The notes under the pieces: model-generated
What the model was told of the DNA's origin: nothing
What the model saw: the letters and a program-made list of their open reading frames with translations, nothing else
The model's database searches: none
From: Bugula neritina
Lineage: Eukaryota; Animalia; Bryozoa
Direction of reading: 5' to 3'
NCBI GenBank assembly: GCA_964035545.1
Contig: OZ037773.1
Location: forward strand, 151,551 to 215,550
DNA length: 64,000 nt
Program-made: the position numbers and the translations under genes
Part shown: positions 46,101-59,466 of the stretch, one piece after another
Layout: each line of letters begins with the position of its first letter
Position numbering within the stretch: the first letter of the stretch is position 1

Positions 46101-49100
46101 TGTTTGTCGAGTGCTTCCTCCCGCAGAGTGTCCAGCTGCTCCTGAACACAGAGAAACAAGGGTAGGGGTGTGAGTGAAGAGTAGGGGGGTGTGAGTGAAG
46201 AGTAGGGGGGTGTGAATGAAGGGTAGGGGTACATAGTGAAGGGTAGGGATACATAGTGAAGGGTAGGGGTACATAGTGAAGGGTAGGGGTACATAGTGAA
46301 GGGTAGGGGTACATAGTGAAGGGTAGGGATACATAGTGAAGGGTAGGGGGTACATAGTGAAGGGTAGGGGTACATAGTGAAGGGTAGGGGTACATAGTGA
46401 AGGGTAGGGGTACATAGTGAAGGGTAGGGGTACATAGTGAAGGGTAGGGGTACATAGTGAAGGGTACCTATCACGTATCCAGTATAACTACATTCATATT
46501 CAGTATACACACAAATACTTTGAATTGTGCTGTTAGAAAGGTTAATTAATTAATGGTGAAAAATGCAGTTGAAACATAAAACAGACCAGGCATGCTCAGA
46601 TTTTATAAAACCCATCTATTTTAAAAAAATCTATCAACAATAATAGAAAATAAAAGCGTGCTATGGTTAGCTGAGCTGTTTCCATGGTAACTGGTTATAA
46701 ATTTTAATCATGGCCATTGCTGAGCATTGAAGCTGAGAGAAGTCTCTAGAAACTCAGCAGAGTACATTATATGAAACATTTACCTTGACCTTGGCAGAGG
46801 ACTGAGACTCTGTAGCCAGAGACAGTGTCAAGGAATCACAGGTGTGTTTAAGTTCGGTGATCTGTTTGGAGTAGTTGGCTGAGAGTTCTTCTTTCTCCTG
46901 TCTGCTGTTGCTTGTTTGCTTATCTAATGCCAACTCCTGGGGAATGGAATTGCAATAGAAATAACACAGAATGTAATGTTATATTTCTATGTTATTCTTT
47001 TGTAATATTATAGTATTATAATATTATTATAGTATTATATTATTATTGAACAGCTGTCACAGTTAAGATAAGCAAGACTGCTAGTCACCAAGACTGTTAG
47101 TAACTGTTAGTCACTAAGACTGTTAGTCACTAAGACTGTTAGTAACTGTTAGTCACTAAGACTGGTGCCATGTTAGTCAATCACTCACCAGGTTTGCCAT
47201 GGCTGTTTGTTTCTCAGAGAGCAGACGACTCTGGGTTTTGTGCTGGTTTTCAAGAAGAGCCAACTTTTGTACGAGGGAAGACAACTCAGACCGAAGGCTG
47301 CTTTCTTCTTGAGTGACGGAGAGGAAATCATCCAGTGCCTGTGTGAGAGGAGCATTAAACAGACTGTGGAACATAAATGTCGAAATAAAAAAAACTTTAA
47401 ACGTTAAAAATCACAAGACAAGGTAACGAAAATAACTAGTTACTCAGATAAAAGTATTATAATAAATTGTATCACAAGAAAGAGAAATGCAGAGCTGGAA
47501 AGTTAAATAATATAATATTTTCAGTTTTGACACTCCTGGTGTGTAGCCCTTGAAACTGATGACACATCAACCTACATTCTAGTAACAGTGAATATGTCTC
47601 AAGGTTTTCAATAATACTAAAGTTGTTCATGAAGCGCTATACACTTATAATCTTTGTTGAAACTAGGAGGTCATACAATAAAATAACTGTTCGCAGAGAA
47701 AAATTTGAAAAAATTCAAAGTAATTTAGTTTTTTTCTTTCTGGATTATAGATCATTTATTCTGGTATATCATTAGTAAATATACCTCACTAAAAACATAT
47801 ACTTTCTCATTTCAATAACAGCTGCCTCCCCACAAACCTTTTGCTTATTATTCTCTAAGTTTGTTTTAATATCTTGGTTTTCCTTGAGAAGAGAAGATAA
47901 CTCCAGGTTCTTATCGTCTAATTGCTTTTCTAGCTGCTTAGTGCGCGAGTGAACTCTGGTTAATTTATTCTTCAATTGGGACACCTCCTCATCACCCCTA
48001 CAAATATTCTATTTTCTGTGTGGACTGGGGCTAGACTCAGTTCATCATAAAACCACAACTTCTACAGTTTGACAGTCAATGGAAATCAGTTATTTACTAT
48101 TCAAGTGCATGAGGAATGTAGACTGAGTTCTGACTGACATTGAACTAGCAGAGCCGGTGGTCGTCACAGACCTATCGCTATTATTTCTACTCTTCATAGT
48201 TTCAAGTAGTCTGTTTTTCTCCTCCACCGTGTCTTGCAATGTCACCACCTGTCAGCAAAGAAAAACAGTTTTAGTTGCACTTCAGTTGACTCACTGATGA
48301 GAAATATACTTCAAATAAAATAATATTTGCTGAACACTTAGTTTACCTGAGCTTGAAGAGAGGACAACTCTGAATTCACTGTGGAGACCGTGAGCTTGGA
48401 AGACTCCAGCTGCTTAGAGAGCTGCAAGACTTCCTTATGTTTGTCAGCTAATTTGACTTCTAAATCTGTTAGTTGATCTTTATACTTGGCACCACTGAGC
48501 TCTAAAGTTTTCAGACTGATTTCCAACTCAGATATATGAACTGCTTGTCTTTCCAACTCAGATTTGAATTTCAATTCGTTTCTGTAATCAGATTTAGGAT
48601 ACAACATCAATACCCTTCCTCTTCGCATAGTGAACGTACTAACTTCATATACTATACATACTTACTCTTCATATACTATACACACTTACTCTTCACATAC
48701 TATACATACTTACTCTTCACATACTATACATACTTACTCTTCATATACTATACACATTTACTCTTCATATACTATACATACTTACTCTTCATATACTATA
48801 CATACTTACTCTTCACATACTATACACACTTACACTTCATATACTATACATACTTACTCTTCATATACTATACACACTTACTCTTCACATACTATACACA
48901 CTTACACTTCATATACTATACACATTTACTCTTCATATACTATACATACTTACTCTTCACATACTATACATACTTACTCTTCACATACTATACACACTTA
49001 CTCTTCATATACTATACACACTTACTCTTCACATGCAGCTAGTTTTGCCAGCAGATTAGCGTCTGAAGCTGAGGAAGTCACATCTTCTGTCTGATTCCCC

Positions 49101-50012
49101 ATAAGCAATGAGATCTTCATTTCTAGTTGTGATATGAGTTTATTCTTTTCACTGATCTCTTCGCCATACTTAAGAACTGTTGCAGCGAGATTAGCCCGAC
49201 GTGATGTTGGCTCCATTGTAAGTGTTGCTGGTACCTCTTCACTCCTGGCGCTGTTTACTGGCGTCATCATAACGACTGTGTTGGCACCAGATGTGACATC
49301 ACCAGATGAGTCATCTCGGTTATCAGTGACTGAACTAGCAGCAGCATCAGGATTGTCAGTAAAGTTTATCTGTTTGTGTGCAGAGACTGTCTGGGTTTCG
49401 GCAGTTGATTCACTGATGGAATTAGTTATGGATTTCTCTAAAACAAGCAACTATGAAGTCAAATAAAATAAAAAAGCTGATTTAAAATCTGCTGATACAA
49501 TTTTATAAATAAAACGCAACACAAAATTATAGATATACACAACACATATTTATTTAGTGTCTCAACTGTTTTCTAGACATACAGTTGGATCCTTTTTGGT
49601 TAGCTGGGACCTCATACGATCAGGTTACTTAGGTGTGTACTGACTACAGCTTATAGACGGAAACAGCGTAGTTAGTTGAGTGACTAGTTGACAGTTGAAT
49701 GAGCATAGAGAAACACTAACAGTGAGTGACACTGACAGTGAGTGACACTGACAGTGAGTGACACTGACAGTGAGTGACACTGACAGTGAGTGACACTGAC
49801 AGTGAGTGACACTGACAGTGAGTGACACTGACAGTGAGTGACACTGACAGTGAGTGACACTGACAGTGAGTGACACTGACAGTGAGTGATACTGACAGTG
49901 AGTGACACTGACACAGGATAAAATTTGAAGACTGACCAGCATGCTCAGAGACCTTGACCTTAGCGTTAGGAGAGCCCTCTTGCTCTATCTTCTGCTTCAG
50001 TTTCCTAAACAT
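40158..50012 (-). CDS. GOLGA1: Golgin subfamily A member 1 (golgin-97), GRIP-domain trans-Golgi coiled-coil protein
   Basis: N-terminus MFRKLKQKIEQE (ATG at 50012); coiled-coil exons at approximately 49025-49450, 48346-48590, 47838-48249, 47208-47362, 46784-46938, 46044-46141, 45583-45740, 45260-45363, 44370-44500, 44118-44240, 42922-43227, 42501-42606; last exon 40158-40382 with GRIP INFEYLKNVV...LLEFTPAEEKLLKDTLEYKMSWW. Internal boundaries approximate. Confidence 0.85.
43857..44069. repeat. 19-bp minisatellite CATAGTCACACTACTATTA
   Basis: Direct inspection. Confidence 0.93.
44776..44875. repeat. 16-bp minisatellite CAGTACAGAGTACACA
   Basis: Direct inspection. Confidence 0.9.
44960..45258. 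repeat. (CTA/CCA)n trinucleotide tract in a GOLGA1 intron
   Basis: Direct inspection; source of the poly-V, poly-L/P and G/S ORFs. Confidence 0.93.
46160..46465. repeat. 20-bp minisatellite GGGTACATAGTGAAGGGTAG
   Basis: Direct inspection. Confidence 0.93.
48640..49033. repeat. 24-bp minisatellite containing the exon donor site
   Basis: Unit CTTACTCTTCA(T/C)ATACTATACA(T/C)A; the minus strand reads GAAGA|GTAAGT. Confidence 0.93.
49720..49912. repeat. 16-bp minisatellite ACAGTGAGTGACACTG
   Basis: Direct inspection. Confidence 0.93.
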
Positions 50013-53000
50013 CACTGAGCTGTTCTTCTAGAAAAGTAATGAATGACATTTCACCTAAAAATATTCATGCAATGAGTGCATTAACAGAACTGAGCACACA
50101 GCTAACTGATGGCAGTAAATTAGTTTATTAATTAATCAAATATAAGTTAAACAATGAAAATAATTAACCTAGCCCAGTTCAGAGCAGCATGTGTGAAATA
50201 ATGAGTGAATTATAACTTACACTAACTTATCTTAAATAAATATAGACTTGATTATACTCACATCACCTCACCACTAGCATCCTACATGTTTTTATAATCT
50301 TTAATTGAAGAAAATGCAGAGAACCAAACAAAAAACGGAAGGATTACATATTTTGAGGCACTGAAATAAGTTTTGTAAATTATTCACAATTAATTGTGTA
50401 TCAAGAGAGGCAACATCTCTAGGTGCCTATCAGTATATAGAGATTTGCGTAACACTGGAAAATTTTCATGCCATAGGCTGATTAGGACACAAGAGTCTGC
50501 TTCTCATTGCACGATAAACCTAGAAAAAGTTCCTGGGAAATTAATGAGTTATGAGATGGTAGGTAGGAAAGCTTAAAAAGCTTTGGCCCCCTCTAGAGAC
50601 AACCAGCTAAGCTTGAACAACTGTTCAAATTAAACAAGCTTTCAGTTTTTTATATAACATATGAAGCGCAAAAAAATTTTTATCTTCAAGTTTATCTATA
50701 ACTCACTTAAAATTATTTATCAAACTGCATAGAAAGACCTAAGGCTCATGACTAAAAAGACAGTGTTTCGCATTATAGAATGTAGCATGTATTGCCTACT
50801 TAATAGCAATATGAATATTAAGCATTGAAAAATCACGTTCACTCTACTCATATATAGCAAGAATTTGTCTAAAATCCTCACAGTATGAAGCAATATAATT
50901 AGAAGGCTAATACTAATAGCAATACTGATAGTAATAGTAATTTATCAATTAAAAAATAGCCATAATTAAAGTTTGTATTTTATCAACTACTACTAGTACT
51001 ACTAGTAGTAGTACTACTAGCAACATAACTTATCGATAAGCATTTCAATAATCGATAAGCATTTCAACTGACAAAAAGCAAAAGCATGTTTTTAAAATCA
51101 GTATGACTATGAGAATGACTATGATAGTAAAATTATTATGATGGTCATGGCATTGAATTAATTATAATTATTATTGAATCACTCAACCAGAAATGAGTAA
51201 TGAACATCAACATGTAATATTTTAAAAATTAAATTTAACGATTATCATTATGATTATAACTATAACTATAAGTTTAAGTATAACTATAAGATTTAATTTG
51301 CCAAAATCTAAATAATAAACAAGAATCAAAATTGTCAATTTTACATGATGATGATGATGATCAATTTTTCGTACTCATAATAATATATATAATTATTGAG
51401 CGATTTTAATTAAATGATTATTATTCATACTAAAATTCATATTTAATCATTTTTATAGTTATACTTGTTATATCGAGACATGGAGTTTAAAGTTGAAGTA
51501 ACTGTAACACTAACTGTAAGTCAAAGTGTGTCTATTCAGCTTATCGATATAGCTGTCTGCTGGTAGGACAATCACAATGACAGTCTTAAGACCAATACAG
51601 ATACTGATAGTAATATGCAGACAGCCAATACCGTATGCCAGCCAATGTTAGCCACTAAATATAAATAGTAAATTACCATTATAACATACTTATAGTAATA
51701 CTATAACTATAACTATTAGTATTAGTATTACTATTACTGTATTAGTATTAGTATTACATTAGTATAAGTATTAGTATTACTATTACTAATTTTTATTATC
51801 AATTAATGAATTATGGTTTATTATAATTATTTTAGTTAACGTCGATTTGTTACCAATTTTTATTTTATTGTATATGTGTAATTTCATACTCAAACTTAAA
51901 CTTCTAAATTAACTTGAAGACTTTTATTCTAAAACTTCAAATACTAGTAGAATTAAAACTAAAAGTAAAACTAAATGCAAAACAGAAACTCGAACTGTAA
52001 AACTAAAGGAAAAGGCAACGATGTTGTATCACGATTTTTACCTTAGTTGTAGTTGTCTCCTTTTAAATATTTTGTTTATGGAGGGTGCACAACTCCGTTT
52101 GGGTATCATAGTCAAAATAATTATTACATCAATAAAATATGTATGGATGGAACAGATATAAAACAGATGTGTTTATGAGAGATTGAGGAGACTGAGTGGT
52201 TGAAGATTATGATTAAGAATTATGGACAGAGCAGAAAAGAAGTGTTTAAATACAATGATGCTCATTACGATTATTTATAAACATTGTATTTCCAATGTTT
52301 TACTCTAATTATATTTTTTCAAGCGTGCTTTCCAAAATAACTAAGCTGTGCCATGTATATATTGGCAATTGTTGCTAATTTTGTCTATTAAAAAAACTTT
52401 TTTGTTTTTGGTGTGCTTTCTTCCTTCTTATGGGCACTTTCAATGTATATTATACTTTCAGTTACCGAGTTTTGTCTTATGGTTTTTTTTATTTTCACTG
52501 TTTATGCTAAGTTTGTTTTATTAGACTTAGAGACTGATTGAAGAATTTGTGATAGTTCATTGCTCTAGATATCAAAGGTCAACTTCAGATAGATCTATAC
52601 AAGCCAAAACTGACTATTATGAATAACACAAGTAACACTGTGTAAACATTTATACATCAAGACAAGGCATATTCAGCATATCATCAACACTGTTTAAAAA
52701 AGTTGACAAAAGTTTACATATTATAGGGTGGTTATATTCTTTAAAAGAAGCATTGTGTGATTGGTGATCAATAGGTTAATAACTATATATGCCAGCTAAT
52801 TTGATTGCATTATTTGCTCAGTTACAGCCTGCATAGTTTTTCTTTGTAAAATATTTTAAATGTGAATGGAACAGGAAAGCGTGCAGCAGCCATCACATGA
52901 CCAGTAAATGCTTGTGCACATGCCGCATGTGTTTCATATAAATATTTTACTATTAGAATATAATCCAGCAATCCAAACAGGACAAATGGGAGATAGGTGA

Positions 53001-53416
53001 GTATAGGTCCGGAAATCATAATGATGTTAAAAATCTATGACAACTGATTGTGATGCTTAATTTTATATCGCGTTTGTATTTTTTTAATAAGTCACGTAAA
53101 ATTGCAAAATCAATTAATAATTCTAATGAAATAAATTATATTAGAATTCAAAATAATGGCAGTTAGTATACGTGTAAAGGATAAAAAAAGTAATATCACA
53201 GCTCAGATGTTAGTTTAAAGGCCATTCCTCAGCAGTATTTGCACAGTAAATATATTATATTATATCAGAATAATATATATCTCGAGCTAGCATAGTATTA
53301 ATAGTATAAAATATCATATAAGGCTGCAAATCAGATCATATTATTATGTAGCAAACGATGCTATGCAAACCATAAAATAATGATAAAGTCAAGCTGGTGG
53401 ATAAACAAAAAATTTC

Positions 53417-56400
53417 TCATCCAACTAGCCAATAAAATTGAAACATGAAAATGAGGCTGACAGATGATAACACTTTTGACATCGTGTTACATCTATCTCC
53501 TTTGCATGAACACTTCAGAGTCCTGCTCCGAATATTTGGTTCTCTGTAAATATCTGCATCTTTGTTGAGACACTCAGAGTTGTCATAGATGGAGCCACAT
53601 GACCTTGTTACTGCAATAGTGATCAGTTAGAATAAATAAACGATTGTAGCCAGTGTACGTGTGCATTGTATGTGTGTCTGTGTGTACATGTATGAGTGTT
53701 CTCTTATGCTCTAAATTACTTACCACCGGTGGTCTTCACCCCGGAGATACGAGAAATCACTTTGAGTTTTGTGCAGCCACCATTTTCCAGAGTGTTAAAT
53801 TTTTTGTCGCAAGAAACTTCGTGTTTTACATTTCCTTCGTAGGCATCGCCGCAGTCACTGTCATAACCTGTACACTCATAGCACACCGTGGCCTTAGCTC
53901 CTGCAGTGATGTATAAAATATATGTTTACAATTGTCCTTCTTGCCTTTAAAGAGTTAATTGTTACTGACTAGCTTTTAGCTCTGAACTTCATCACTACAG
54001 TTATAGGAACCTAACACCCCATAATTATTAGTTGAGCATTTATGAAACTTGCCCCCAGTCGCTATATAGTAGTATAGTATTAATTTTATTCACTAGCTCT
54101 GCAGAGAAGGCACAACTACAAACTGAGCATATTAACTACAACAATATACAAAGGTGTGGCCTGTGTGATAGTTATGAATAGCTTGATAGGAGAGTATACA
54201 GGTGATAGAGAGAGTGTATTTATCTACAGAAAGATAGTATAGAGTGAGTATATAGAGAGAGTATATAGAGAGAGTATATAGAGAGAGTATATATAGAGAG
54301 AGTATATAGAGAGAGTGTGTATAGATATAGTATAGAGAGTATATATATAGAGAGTATATAGAGAGTATATAGAGTGAGTATATAGATGGTATATAGAGTG
54401 AGTATATATAGAGAGAGTATGTAGAGAGAGTATAGAGAGAGTATATAGAGTGAGTATATAGAGAGAGTATATATAGAGAGAGAGTATATAGAGAGAGTGT
54501 GTATAGATATAGTATTGAGAGTATATATATAGAGAGTATATAGAGAGTATATAGAGTGAGTATATAGATGGTATATAGAGTGAGTATATATAGAGAGAGT
54601 ATGTAGAGAGAGTATAGAGAGAGTATATAGAGTGAGTATATAGAGAGAGTATATAGAGAGAGTATATAGAGAGAGTATATAGAGAGAGAGTATATAGAGA
54701 GAGTATATATAGAGAGTATATAGACGGTATATAGAGAGAGTATATAGACGGTATATAGTGAGTATATAGAGAGAGTATATAGAGAGAGTATATAGAGAGA
54801 GTATATAGAGAGAGAGTATATAGAGAGAGTATATATAGAGAGTATATAGATGGTATATAGAGAGAGTATATATAGAGAGAGTATATAGAGAGAGTATATA
54901 TAAAGAGTATATAGAGAGAGAGTATATAGACGGTATATAGAGTGAGTATATAGAGAGAGTATATAGAGAGAGTATATAGAGAGAGTATATAGAGAGAGAG
55001 AGTATATATAGAGAGTATATAGAGTGAGTATATAGACGGTATATAGAGTGAGTATATAGAGAGAGTATATAGAGAGAGTATATAGAGAGAGTATATAGAG
55101 AGAGAGTATATAGAGAGAGTATATATATAGAGAGTATATATAGAGAGTATATAGAGAGAGTATATATAGAGAGAGTATATAGAGAGAGTATAGGGAGAGA
55201 GAGTATATAGAGAGAGTATATAGAGAGAGAGTATAGAGAGAGAGTATATATAGAGAGTATATAGAGAGTATATAGAGAGAGAGTATATAGAGTGTATATA
55301 GAGAGAGTATATAGAGTGTATAGAGAGAGTATATAGAGTGAGTATATAGACGGTATATAGAGGGTATATAGGGAGAGTGTGTATATCTACAAAGAGATAG
55401 TTTAGAGTGAGTATAGAGGGTATATAAAGAGAATGTGCAACAAAAGAGAGATTTTTAATAGATAATTTAGGAATGCTGCTACATCTAGAGACTAGAAATG
55501 GCCTATTCTACTATTAGGCTGTTATACCTTGTGCATAGCTGATACACTCACACTGTACGTGTCAGAAGATTTTGTTTTTTATAGTTATAACATGAATAAC
55601 ATAGTTCTCTCTCACATATGTTCTTAGTAGTGAGTATAGCAATAGACAGGTTAACATAGCAGCTTGTATGTAATGCTGTCAAACATTAATTAGTTAGCTC
55701 CTAGGTAATCAGTAGCAAACTAATTGAAGACAATACATATAGCTTGACAGTCAATACCAGCTACTCTAGCTACAATGATGACAGGGACAATAACAGCTAC
55801 AAATAATGAAAGACTATCTGCTATTAATATTACATATTGCTCTATGCAGGACTAATTATGCAACATGATACACATTAGCATAGCTCTTCACTGCTGTCCC
55901 GAATTCTGATATTGGATAACAAGTGCATACACATAGACATGCATAACATGAAACCCCCAGCTTGGTAGTCCCATATCAAAGGCTCACTCTGCTTGCTATC
56001 TCTCGTTTTGGATATAATGTATATCCACTGATGAGATGATTAGAAGATTGATTAGACTTAGAATTGAAAGAGAGAGACAGCAAGTGAACAGTGAGATAAA
56101 GATTCTCAGACTAGACAGCCACCAGAATACCTGGTTACTTAAACCAGAATAAGCTAACATTCCATCAATGCTATTTGTTTGCAGTTAGAATCATCAAGTT
56201 AAAGTAGCCGAGCGAGAAGTTAATTATTTTGGGCTTAACAACATTGTTTGAAGTAGTTATAAGGATGTTTTAAAGTGCTTAGCCTAGGAACCTAGACATA
56301 TACCCTGACCTGGAGGTTCAACCTTCCTTACAGATTCAGTTAGGGACTCGAGCTAATCTCATATAGCCTAGCAATATGTCTCAATGCACCAACCCCAAGC

Positions 56401-56731
56401 TTGACTTGTTTAGTAATTGATTTGACTTGGTTAGTAATTGATTTGACTTGGTTAGTAATTGATTTGACTTGTTTAGTAATTGATTTGACTTGTTTAGTAA
56501 TTGATTTGACTTGGTTAGTAATTGAGAAGATTTGATTTGCTGTGGCTTCAACCTCTCTCTACTGAGAAAGAATAGTTGTAGTATTGCTACATTATGCAGT
56601 GTGGTATTAGTATTGTTATATCATTATATATTATGTATTATTGTTATATTATTAACATTATACATCTACTTACCAGAAAACAGTGTTAATACAGTAACAA
56701 GCGTAAAAACACTGATAGAGATAATATGCAT
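53417..56731 (-). CDS. GPI-anchored Ly6/uPAR three-finger protein (quiver/sleepless-like), ~142 aa
   Basis: Exons 56674-56731 (signal MHIISISVFTLVTVLTLFS), 53724-53900 (TVCYECTGYDSDC...SC...GCTKLK), 53417-53610 (VTRSC...EC...CSCKGDRCN plus hydrophobic tail); phase-1 introns; 10 Cys. Confidence 0.88.
54230..55430. repeat. AG/TA-rich degenerate minisatellite (TATAGAGAGAGTA)n
   Basis: Direct inspection. Confidence 0.93.
56400..56525. repeat. 21-bp minisatellite TTGATTTGACTTG(G/T)TTAGTAA
   Basis: Direct inspection. Confidence 0.9.
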
Positions 56732-57562
56732 GTTCCAACAGGATTTAGTGTACCAGCACACCAGTTTATTACAAACTTATATTGACTGCGCCTACATCCG
56801 TACCAATTAGTACTTAGTAGTCCGGGGTACTACTATCAACACTATTTCTTTTGAATATACTATGTATTATGCTCAACAATGCTGCATGAATGCAGGCTTT
56901 TGTATTATTGAGATGCAACAGTAGAATAAAAATCAATGTGGTTTATGTTGTCCATAGCAACAGCCTATAGAAGTGCTAACGCTAGAAAATGTTATTATCC
57001 AAAGCAGTCCAATCGAGAGGGCTGTAAGACCCGATGATGTTTTTTACAAAATGATATATTAACTCTCCATTTTACCCTAGATGAGTTTAAAAACATTGTA
57101 GATCAGTAAAAGTTAATAAACAAAACTGCATCAAGAGTGCAATATGTTCAAGTATACTTTTTACTAGCAGTAAACATCACAGTATATAATTAAGTTTAGT
57201 GTATAGATGCTTCAAACTTTGTCTGAAATAAAATACATACCAGCATATCTTGTAAGTTTGATTTCACGAAAGAGTTATTACAACAAATTCAGAAAATACA
57301 ATTGGTAGGTAGGCTATAATGTTGATAACAAACTGGCAACATGAGCAGTTACAGATAATTAGTTAAATGACACAACACCAAGCATCAATTTCAACAGTTG
57401 AACTTAGAATTACAAACTCAAGCTACGGGCAAAGTTCTTCTCTGCATCAAATTAATTAGAAACTCACTGTAAACAGTGAGATAATCTTGGAGTGATTTAG
57501 TGTATTATCTGCATACATGCTATCATGATTAGCTAGCTGTTGTCTGCACTTTAAACATCTCT

Positions 57563-59434
57563 TTAGCGCACTACATAAAGTAGAATCATTGTCACTGCTA
57601 ACAAATATGCAGGTGTCACAGTAAGGTGTATGCAGCTGTTTTCTTTCCTTGTTAGCTCCCATGTCAAAGTGATCTCTTTCCCTGCAATATTTGTATATGA
57701 ATAATATGAGGTACATTGAGGTACACATTCAACTATACTGGTAACTAGTTATAGTAATAGAGTCTTGACTATAATCAGTATATACTAGTATTGTCTACCA
57801 ACCCCTTCAGCTGTCTAGTCTATAATGTTTGACATACAACCTACACTTTGGTGCCAATATTCAAAGTATACAGTAGTCCATAGCACAATATAGGAAAGGT
57901 AATCAACTTAACTAACCAAGACCATTGCTAGCACGACAGATCACTTTTTCATTAGTTGTGTTGGCTTGGAGGTTGACTATGTATGAACCAGAAGACTCTG
58001 CTAGTTCTAATAGCTGCCATTCCCAAGTAAAGTTGGTTGGTGAGGGGTTTGCTGTTAGATGCTCCCAAGTAAAGTTGGTTGGTGAGGGGTTAGCTGTTAG
58101 ATGCTTGATGCAGTTTAAAGTTATCTCCAAGTCGTTGGAATTAAACTCAACAACAATAGGGTTGTCTGTTCCAGTTTTAATATCAATATCTGCGTGAACA
58201 GACTGCTCAAAATTATATGGGAAGACTTAAAGCATCTGTCTAATGATGTAGCTGAGCGGACAAATATCTACCTGATTTTAGTGATTAGTCAGTAAACATA
58301 AAGAAAACAGAGCAATAGAAAGAGCTAAATTTAATTGCTTACATTTTGGTTTGACATTGGTTTGAGTATAAACATTTCCTCCTTTCCAATTGACATGCAC
58401 CATATCTCTGCAAGAGAGCGTTACTCCCGCTCTGTCCTTTTTAGTAGGCGAGTATTGTTTCGTTTCATTCCAAATATCTCCATTAAGTTCTGAAGAGAAA
58501 AAGAAATCTCGCCATGATTGAAGAAGAAAAATTAGGTATGTACATACTTATACTTATATATACATATAATATTTATTTGTACACATATAGGTATTTATAC
58601 CCATATATACCTATACAGATATACATATATACCTATACAGATATACATATATACATACACATATACATATATATATATGCAACACTTACCATACACATAT
58701 ACAGATTTTGGGATAGCATTTGAGGAATTACAACTGAACCCAAACCATTTATCTTCTTCCACATTACCATGTATGGTGAGAGATAGATTCTGTGGGGCAA
58801 CTAAAAATATTATAATTGAATGAGTGTATACGTTCACTTTATCACAAAGTCCATAGGTACTGTGAATAATTGACGCAATATCTATTTTCACAGTAGAAGA
58901 GTTTGAATTTTTACTTTACTGTAGCTGCAAGCCTTATTATAAAAACTGTAAGTTATTTATTTAAAATGATGTTTAATAAATTAATAAATTAAAGCAAATT
59001 AAGATATTAACATACTAATAATACGTGATACAGATGTGCTTATTCACACAATTGGTCGGAAATGCTAACTTAATTATTTTGTTATAATATGCATTACACC
59101 AATTAGAAGTACTGCGTATTTGAGTACCTATATTTAACAAAGGTTCTAAATCAACTCAATTCAATTATTGTTTATAAAACTGCCGTGTGCGCTGTGTATG
59201 TAGGCATGTGTGTATGTAGGTTTGTGTGTATGTAGGTATGTGTGTATGTAGGCATGTGTGTATGTAGGTTTGTGTGTATGTAGGTATGTGTGTATGTAGG
59301 CATGTGTGTATGTAGGTATGTGTGTATGTAGGTGTGTGTGTATGTAGGTATGTGTGTATGTAGGTATGTGTGTATGTAGGTATGTGTGTGTGTGTGTGCG
59401 TGGGTTTGTGTGTGTGCGTGAGTTTGTGTGCGTG

Positions 59435-59466
<32 letters not shown>

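Noticed and set aside
44769-46510. Poly-V, poly-L/P, G/S-rich and MYPYPSLC ORFs
   Set aside because: Translations of intronic simple repeats; only the short flanking GOLGA1 exon parts are coding
49576-49684. Candidate extra GOLGA1 exon
   Set aside because: Every acceptor tried gave an in-frame stop when joined to the phase-1 first coding exon
57456-57728. Cys-rich 90-aa ORF from the track
   Set aside because: Alternative frame of the final Ig-paralog exon; splice phase and homology support the [10 protein letters not shown] frame
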